Shown here: piece after piece, positions 54,443-64,000 of the stretch
Position numbering within the stretch: the stretch's first letter is position 1
Layout: every line of letters starts with the position of its first letter
Assembly (NCBI RefSeq): GCF_009914755.1
Contig: NC_060928.1
From: the human T2T-CHM13v2.0 reference genome, Homo sapiens
Length of the DNA stretch: 64,000 nucleotides
Strand: one strand, 5' to 3'
The notes under the pieces: model-generated
Databases searched by the model: none
Told to the model about the DNA's origin: nothing
Seen by the model: the letters and a program-made list of their open reading frames with translations, nothing else
Made by a program: the position numbers and the translations under genes

Positions 54443-56619
54443 TAAATTCTTGAGATGAAAATTTATTTCATGGTATAGATTTCAAGAAGGTACATCAGAT
54501 AATTAACTGAAATATCTTTATGCTATAGAAAATCACCTAATGAGTAAAAAACAAATCTTAATTACTGCTTTTGTTTTTAAGTGTGTGTCCTGTAGAATCA
54601 AGTGCACATTTCTAACTTGAATGTACCTAGTTTTGAGAGTACAGTATATTTATGTGTTAATTTACTTTTATTCTCCTCTAGTTAGTAACCCATTGATTGT
54701 AGCTAATATTATTTTAATAAATGTTGAATTTTAATACATAACAAGGCACCAGAATATAATGAATGCTTAATAATTGTTTGCAAAATGAATTCACATGCCT
54801 ACTTTCTTATAGTAATAATGGTCAGGTTTACGTACCTATATATTCTACATTAATAAATATATATTTAGTTGAAAAATCAAAGCTTTTGTGGATTATATTC
54901 TTTAAAACTTAAAAGCACTGAAGTATATTTATCTAGCACCCTCTATGGTAAACTATATTTATATCCTGAATTAGTGCATATTTATCTATGAAAGAATATA
55001 TAGAGTTGAGATAGCTATTTTTCAAAATCATTTAAGGAAAGCATATAGTACTACTTTAATGTAAATTGCATTGTCTGTGAGACAGTGCCATATTTTAAAT
55101 TAGGCCACACAAGAGCAAGATTGTACCTTCTTTAATTAAAAAATAACAAAATTAATTAATCTTAATAATGAGTAATTTTAGTGGTATTATATAATATTTT
55201 ACATAACAGTTAAATAACTCAGTCTGAATAAAATCTATGTGATTAGACAAAAGGATTGAAAATATATAATACATAAAATAATATTCAAGATTTTTAAAAT
55301 GTAAAAATAGGATATATCATAACTTAATACTTAGGATTTCATAAAGTTTTTTGTTACAGAAATTTCTTCAGAAAGGTTGAAAGTGAATGGGAACTTTCTG
55401 AAAGTCATGGTGTATTTATGATGGCAGCAATGGAAATGAATCAATGAAATATCCTTAAAAAAAAGATTTCCAAAGAAATAAGATCAAATGAGCAAATTCT
55501 CAGATGTTGAACAGAAATAAATTCTGGTGCATCATCCAAAAAGATCAAAGAAAAAGCTCTCTCTAAAGTAAACAGAGTGATATTTTTGTTTGGGTGCCAT
55601 AACTTTTCTGGTAACTTGTCAGTCTTAATAAGAAGGTGTAAAAATCTCTCTGCATGACACAGAAACATCATCCCTAAACCTGAAGCAAAGTCACGTTGAG
55701 CAGAAAACAGTTTTAAAAGAACTCAAAGAAAGATCAGAAAAAATTGCCTATATCAGTGTTCAAATTCTAAGAAGCAAAAATGTTTTAAGACTCAGGGATA
55801 TTATAATTTTCAGAACATTTATCATTTTGGTCAACTGAAAATTTTCATAAACTATGAGTACGCAATTGCTCCCAAGCATATCTCAGTGCCAACCAAATTC
55901 TACTCCAATAATTCAGAAATGCTACGCATTAGATTAAACTCCAAGAACAAAAAATTATATTTTTATTACAGTAGAAATGAAACTACAGATGAATACAAAT
56001 TTAAAAAGAAAAGTCCTACTTATTTAGGTTTTACACATATGTTTAAGAAAATTGATGCAGAGGTAAGAAGTATTTTTAAAAGTCATTGTTGACCCAATGT
56101 GTTTGAAAATAATATTTGACTCATCAATATTCTGAAGTCAGGTTGGTATTAATTATAATTGTACCTAGTTTCTCAAAACCTCTAAGCAAATGACGTGTCC
56201 GAAATAATTATTTTTATCTCTCCTCTGTAAATTTGTAAAATTTACTTAGAGATATCAAAAACATGTTATGGAAACTAAACTTAGGCTTTTATTTTAGACT
56301 AATATATGTGTATTTAGAGCTATTTTAGAAAATTCTCATATGAATCTTGGCTAAGAACCAGTCTCAATTATAAAGTTTTGAATTAATTGATTCCAATATT
56401 ATATAAACAGATTCTGGCTACATGATATTTATTCTCAACCATGTCACTGGCAAAAATTGAAGAAACAAAATAACACCTGTGCTAATGGTGATGCAGTAAA
56501 ACTGACAATATTAAATCGCGCTAGAGAAAATATAACTTTTATATATATATATAAGTATATATATATATACTTCAAATGCTATCATCAGTGAGTAAATCTG
56601 TCAGCAATAAAAAATGTGT

Positions 56620-59150
56620 TAGGCTATAATAGCTTGTAGTATTCTAATATTACTGCTGAGAACAACAAGAAAGTTGCATAACATGTTTATCTATCCTATT
56701 TTCAGAGAAATAAGAGAACTATTGAAGCAGTGAGAAGTAGAAGGGCAAAGAGTTTGCATAGGGGAGAATCAAAAAGAAGTATTCTAAATTTTTTTCAGCC
56801 ATTTATTTTCATGGGAATTTCTCAAATCTCAGAAAACACATGAGATTAAAAATTGTGTTCTTCACCCTTTGCCACAGGGTCGCTACTGAAGGACAGTCAA
56901 ACTGACAAAACTTTTGGTTATATTGTAGTGTCACAGTAAAAAAAGAATTATCATTGCATAGGTGCTAAATCCATGATCGCTTTCTCCTGAATAAATCTGC
57001 TAAATTGTGAAGACAAGAAGGTTAGAAGCTAAGGCAAAACCAGTGAAACTCGACTGAATGTATTATCAAGCTTGTGGGAATGAGAAGACAATGCAGACAG
57101 AAAAATAATTGCTAACGGAGCCCAGAAAAGAGGATATCATTTTAAATATACAATTTTATACATAAGATAACATAAAGATGATGTATGTATGTAAACCTGA
57201 ATTAAGAGAGTATTTTTCAAACTATAATCCAAATGACGTATTTCTATTTCTGATTTTTATAAAGCAATAAGGGTCTAGCTACTTAACAAACAAAAAGGTT
57301 AACACTCTCTAAAAGAAGAAACTACCATTTAGACTCTACAATTATATATATATAATATATAGACAATGAAAAAGTTTATGGTAGCACTACTGTATATCAG
57401 AAAAACTGGAAGCACCCAAATCCTTATCTACAGTTTACATATAAATAAACTTAGCCATAATCATATTTTTGAATAATATACATCAATGAAAGTGAATATG
57501 ATATAACGGTACAATAAGTATGAGTGAGTCTCCTCAGCAGAAATCACACACATCTCATAAACATAACCAAAAGCAGATGTGCATTAACTGTATGAGTCAA
57601 ATAACAATGTTTATAGATGCAAGAAGAGAGAAAAATAAGTCTGAAAAGTAAGAAAAAAAAACCCTTAAAAAATTCAGTCTAGACAACAGACTAAATTATA
57701 TATGTTAATTTATATAAGTTTCTGCCATATGACAATACTTAGAAGGATATATGTGTCAAACAAAAAAGCCAACATTCTACTCTCAGGTGTATGTAAAATT
57801 TGAGCTACATACATACATTCATATTATAACGTTATAATTACTACAAAGTGCTGTTTGTCAACGGATTGTCCAATGGTAGATATCACATTCCAACAACAGA
57901 TACATTCATTAATTACTAACTGATTTATCACATGGCAAAACTCATTGCAGTGTGATATTGCTAATTTTTTAATAAATTGTGTGGGATTCTATTTTTAATA
58001 AATGGTCATTTGTATATTAATATATAATAGATATTCTTTCATTTTGCACAAAAGTTCTGATTGATTAAATATTGAAGTATAAATAATAAAAACTTAAGTT
58101 TCTAGATGTAAACCTGAAAAACAGCCCTAAAACTTGGCATACATACGTAGTCCTTTGGAAGTATCCAAGATACACTAAATAAAGAGAAAAATTATGACCA
58201 TTAGTACATACGCATTATGAGTTTCCACTTACCAAACCACACTTGACTAAATGAAAACCAAATAATGAGTTAATCATATTTGTAATAACAATATTTGAAA
58301 AAATTTAAATACTAAATAATGTTCAAACTAATAATGAAATAAGTAATGAATGAGCAGAATACTTGAACAGACACTTCACAAGGAGAAGATATCCAATTTC
58401 TTATTTCATGCAAGCTAAAAAACATTGAGATATTAGCATGCATTTATTAGACTGGCTAACAGAAAAATAAATATACAATGGTAAGTCTTCTTGAAGATTT
58501 GCAGAAATTAGAACACTTACTTTTGAAAGAGTAAATTGGATCAACTAGATTGAGGAAGTGCCAATACAGTATCTATAAAAATTAGCCATACAAGCACACA
58601 CGGCCCCGGAATTTCCCTCCTTGGTACGTGCTAAACTAAAAGCATGTTACTATGTTAATTGAACAACATAAAAACTAAAGTTTATGTTAGCACTATTGTA
58701 TATCAGAAAAACTGTAAGCATCCAAATGCTTATCTATAGTTTACAGATAAATCAACTTTGCCATAATTATATCCTTGAATAATAGACATTAATGAAAATG
58801 AACATGATACAATGGTAAAATAAATATGAGTCAATCTCCTCAGCGGAAATCATACACAAATCTCACAAACATAACCAAACACAGATGTGCATTAACTGTA
58901 TGAGTCTACATTTATAATGTTTTTAAAATATGCATAACTAAACTATGATGTTAGATGTCTAGATATTGTTACACTTGTGGAATTTGATGATTTAAGACAC
59001 ATGGGGAGCCCTCTGAATTACTTTAAATGTTCTTTTTCTTGATCTGTGTGATAATTACTCAGGAATGTTTACTTTGTGAAAATTTACCAATCTCTGCATC
59101 TATGTATTGTTTTCTTTTAATCTATGTATGTTACATAGTTACAATGAAAT
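56620..59150 (+). mobile_element. Old L1 (L1MC/MD/ME) fragments
   Basis: Degenerate L1 motifs (GAATACTTGAACAGACACTTCACAAGGAGAAGATATCC; TTTACTTTGTGAAAATTTACCAA); internal boundaries uncertain. Confidence 0.55.
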
Positions 59151-59159
59151 ATTAAAATA

Positions 59160-62100
59160 ATGCATGTGTTTTTAAAATTAACAATACAAGCTCTAGGGAT
59201 CATTTCCAATTGTTTCCATCAAAACCACCTGTACTTTGATTCCAACAGACCTACTGTACAAGAAATATTTTAAGAAATTTTTTAGAAGAAAAATGATACA
59301 AATGGAAATATAAATCTGAACAAAGAAAGAAAGAATATTGGAAACAGTAAGTACATAGAAACCTTTATATGCTTTTTATCAATTATTCAAATCTGTTTAA
59401 CATATAATTAATCAGTTAAAAAATAGTCACTATATAGCGTGGGATTTATTACACACATGGGAGAGGAAGCATGAAAGCATAGAATTATAAGGTACAGTAT
59501 CACTTACTTTAGACTGAGAAAAGTTAAAGATGCATATTTTCCAACTGTAAACTAACAATTAATATAACATGGATTATAACAAATAAGACTGTGAAAACGT
59601 TTAAAAATACTAACAACATATTCAATTGACTCATAAAAGGAGAGAATAAATTTGTAAAAAGCACATATGAGTAAAATTAAAATTAAATAGATTTAATCAT
59701 AATAGGAATAATATACAAAGTGTACATAGTCAAAAATCCCAACTGGCAATATCCAAACTATATGTTGCCTATTAAAACACTCTTTAAATATAAAAACACA
59801 AATAAATTTGAAGTAAAATCTTGGTTAAAGATTTACAATGATAAAGTTAACTAAAATTGGAAATTGCTAGATTAATATGAGATACAGTAGATTTTAGAGA
59901 TAAATATCACTAGGAATACAGAAGTTCATTGCATAATTATAAAAGGGTCAACTCATTAAGAGGATGCAATCATCATAAATGTTTATGCCCATAATAACAA
60001 ATCTTCAAAATAAATGAAGCAAAACTCTACAAAACTATGAGGAGAAACAGTAAATCTGTAAAAGTTGGAGTTAGAGATTTCAATACCCTTCGTATTAGCA
60101 TTTTCACACTGCTATAAAGAACTACCTGAGACTGGGTAACTTACAAAGAAAAGACATTTAATTGACTCACAGGTCAACTGGGAGGCCTCAGGAAACATGC
60201 AAAACATGCAATAATGGCAGAAGGGGAAGTGGAAGGAAACTGGTCTTACCATGGCAGAGCAGGAGAGAAAGAGTGAAAAGGGAAGTGCTACACACTTTGA
60301 AACCATCAGATCTTGTGAGAATTCACTTGCTCTCATAAGGACAGCAAGGAAGAAATCCTCACTTGTGATCTAATCCCCTCCCACCACGCCCCTCCTTCAA
60401 TTAAACATGAGATTTGGGTGGGGAAACAAATCCAAATCATATCACCAGTCTTCTCTGTATTTCTTGAATTTGTATGTCAACCTCTCTAGTGAGATTAAGG
60501 AAATTTTTATGGACTATATTTTCATGGACTATGTTCTCTATATTGGCCCCTCCCAAATCTCATGTCCTTCTCACATTGCAAAACACAATGACCACTTCTC
60601 AGCAGTCCCCAAGTCTCAACTCATTTCAGCATTAACCCAAAAGTCTGAGTGCAAAGTCTTATCTGAGACAAGGAAAGTCCTTTCTGCCTATGACACTGAA
60701 AAAAAGCAGGGGGAAAAAGGTAATTACTTTCAAGATACAATGGGGGTACAGGCATTGGGTAAATGTTCTCATTCCAGTTAGGAGAAATTGGCCAAACAAA
60801 GCCACAGGCCTCATGCCAGGCCACAACACAGCAGGTCAGTCATTAAATCTTAAAGCTCCAAAATAATCTCATTTTACTCCATGTCTCACATCCACGGCAG
60901 GCTGATGCAAGGGGTGTGCTACCAAGGCCTTGGGCAGCTCCACCCCTGTGGTTCTGCAGGGTACAGCTCTCCTCCCCCAGCTGTTTTCATAAGCTGGTGT
61001 TGAGTGTCTGTGGCTTTTCTAGGTGCCAGTGCAAGCTGTAAGTGAATCTATCATTCTGGTGTCTGAAGAATAATGGCCCTCTTCTCACAGCTCCACTAGG
61101 CAGTGCTTCAATGGAGACTTTGTGTGGGTGCTACAACCGCACATTTCCCTTCTGTACTTCCACAGTAGAGGTTCTCCATGAGACTTCTGCCCCTGCAGCA
61201 CACTTCTGCCTGGACACCCGGGCATTTCCATCCTCTAAAATCCAGGCAGGGGCTCCCAAACCTCAACTCTTGCCTTCTGCACACTTGCAGTTCCAACACC
61301 ACATGGAAGCTACAAAGGCTTAGGGACTGTACCCTTTGAAGCAATGGCCTGAGCTGTACCTTGAACCCTTTTAGTCCCAGATGGAACTGCAGTGACTGGA
61401 ATGAAGGACACCATGTCCAAAGGCTGCACAGAGTAGTGGGGGCCCTGAACCTGGCCCACAAAACCATTTTTCTTCCTAGACCTCCTGGCCTGTGATGAGA
61501 GGTGCTGCCATGAAGGTCTCTCACATGCCCTGCAGACATTTTCCCCATTGTCTTGTCTATTAACATTTACCTCCTCTTTACTTATGAAAATTTCTGCAGC
61601 AGGCTTAAGTTTTTCCTCAGAAAAATGGGTTTTTCTTTTCTACCATATAGCCGGGCTATAAATATTCCAAACTTTTATGCTTTGTTTTCCTTTTAAATAT
61701 AAGTTCCAGTTTCCGATTATCTCTTTGTTCAAACGTACGAGTATGTGTACATGCTCAGAACAGCCAGTTCACCTCTTGAATGCCTTGCTGCTCAGAAATT
61801 TCTTCTGCCAGATGCCCTAAATCATCTTTCTCAAGTTCAAAGTTCCATAGATCTCCAGAGCAGGGCAAACTGCCACCAGTATCTTTGCTAAAGCATAGCA
61901 ACAGTCACCCTTATTCCAATTTCCTGTAAGTTTCTCATCTCCATCTGAGACCACCTCAGCCAGGACTTCATTGTCCATATCACTATCAACATTTTGGCCA
62001 AAGCCATTCAACAAGTCTCTAGGAAGTGACAAACTTTCCTTTATCTTTATGTTTTCTTCTGAGCCCTCCAAACTGTTCCAATCTCTGCCCATTAGCCAGT

Positions 62101-63987
62101 TCCAAAGTCACTTCCACATTTCAGATATCTTGATAGCAATTCCCCACTTTCCTGGTAATTTTCTGTATTAGTCCATTCTCACACTGCTATAATGAGCTAC
62201 ATGAGACTGGGTAATTTATAAAGAAAAGAGGCTTAATTGATTCAGTTCCACAGGCTTAACAGGAAGCATGACTGAGAGGCATCAGGAAACTTATAATAAT
62301 GGCAGAAGGGGAAGAAAGCACATCTTATCATGGCAAAGCAGGAGAGAGAAGGAGAAGGGGGAAGGCCACACACTTTTAAACCATCAGATCTCATTGAGAA
62401 CTCACTCACTGTCATGAGAACAACAAGGAGGAAATTCACACACATGATCTAATCACCTCCCACCAGGCCCCTCCTCCAATTTGACATGAGATTTGGTCAG
62501 GAACACAAATCCAAAGCATATCACCTTCTCTCAATTATACATAGAACAAGTAAACAGGAATCAAGAAGACTTGAAAAACACTATCAAGCAACTTGTCCTA
62601 ATTGACTTTATAGAAGATACCATACAACAACAACAGACTATAAATTATTTCCATGCGTGCACAGAATATTTACCATAATACAAACCATAAAATAAATATC
62701 AATACACATAAAAGGATTCAAATCATAAAACGTGTTTTCTGATCACAGTGTGATGAAATTAGAAACGATATTAGAAACTAGAAAAAAGTAACAGAAATAT
62801 CTCTGGAAAATTCCCAAGTATATGGAAAATAAATAGAAGTATATAAAGGAACTGAATAAAACTCTTCTAAATGACATAAAAAACACACTTTCATTCATGA
62901 GTAAAAAAGAAAATTACATAGAAATTAGAATCTAGGATTGAAGCAAAATGAAAGCAAAACATTGAAATTCTCAGAGTGTACAAAATTGGTAAACTAGACT
63001 TCATCAAAAGTGACTTCTGATATTCACAAGGCACTATTACGTAAATAAAAGGCAAATCATAGCCTTGGAGAACATATTTGTATATCATATATCTCATAAA
63101 GATCTTGGATCCAGAATATATAAATAACTGCCAAATCTTAGTAATAAGAAAGCAACATAGTTTTTATTAAATGGTAAAATAGTTAACAGACACTTCTCCA
63201 AAGACATACAGATGGCAAATCGGCACACAGAAATCTGCTTGACATCAATAGTTAAGAGTGAAATGCAAATTAAAGCCACTCTCCTATCAGAGAGGCTAAA
63301 CTTAAAAACACTGACCACATCGAGTGTTTGTAAGCACGTAGAAAAACTGGAATCCTCACGCACTGTTAGTGGGAATGAAAAATAACGCAAATACTTTGGA
63401 AAACAGTTTAACAGAACCTTAAAATATTAAATATATACTTACCATCAATCGAGCTATTTCATTTCTAGATATCTGCACCCCTCAACCACAACAATATATG
63501 TTATACAAAGAATAGAAAACCAATGATTATAGCAGCTTTATTTATAATAGTTTCAAACTCAAAACAACCAAATGTCCATCAACATTTGGATAAATAAATA
63601 AATTGTGGGATATTCATAAATAAAATAATACCTTAGCAATAAAAACAAACTATTGATATCCTAAAAAATATGTATGCACCCAAAATAACTATTGAGTGAA
63701 AAAAATAAGATCTTTAAAAAATTTATCCTGGTTATAGAAAATTCTAGAAATAGCAAACTGAGTTTTAGGGACAGAAAGCAGGTTATTGATTACCTTTGGA
63801 CAGTGGGAGGGTCAGACAGGAATAATTACAGAGTAACATGTGAAAACTTTTAGAGATAATGGATGTTTGACTATCTTAATAGTGGTAATGTTTTGATGTG
63901 TAAATACATATGTCAATACTTAGCAAGCTGCCTACTATATAATTACAGTTTATTGTATGTCAATTACAACTCTTTAATGTTGTAAAA
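59160..63987 (+). mobile_element. L1MC/MD (endonuclease region plus 3' end) interrupted by MSTA
   Basis: CATAATTATAAAAGGGTCAACTCATTAAGAGG...GAGATTTCAATACCC, resuming at 62524 with CTCTCAAT; 3' end TTTATTGTATGTCAATTACAACTC. Confidence 0.8.
60092..62523 (-). mobile_element. Full-length MSTA MaLR: LTRs 60092-60444 and 62164-62523, internal 60534-62163
   Basis: GTATTAG...CACACTGCTATAAAGAACTACCTGAGACTGGG...CAAATCCAAA..ATATCA; perfect 5-bp TSD CCTTC at 60087-60091 and 62524-62528. Confidence 0.95.
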
Positions 63988-64000
63988 AGAAGCCAATCAC

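Overview
AT-rich primate (human or great-ape; AluY and L1PA2 are present) genomic DNA with no convincing protein-coding gene, RNA gene or CpG island. Roughly half of the window is interspersed repeat: Alus, L1 fragments of many ages, L2/MIR, DNA-transposon MITEs (MER47A, MER44A, Tigger2a, MER1A, MER53, MER58A), two full-length MaLR proviruses (THE1, MSTA), an ancient nested ERVL remnant, a MER57-type LTR with internal sequence, and several solo LTRs. Repeat family names come from my recollection of consensus sequences, not from a database search. The long ORFs in the supplied track are mostly repeat-derived or chance ORFs. The most notable observations are: (1) two minus-strand L1PA5-like pieces about 14 kb apart that abut to within about 3 nt in L1 coordinates but lie in permuted order; (2) a candidate 3-nt neural-type microexon (AG|CAT|GTGAGT) in a repeat-poor block near 50 kb, which fits a 9-of-10 minus-strand LTR bias suggesting a + strand host intron; (3) a short L1PA2 3' transduction; (4) an L1 ORF1 fragment lodged exactly at an MSTA LTR/internal junction.
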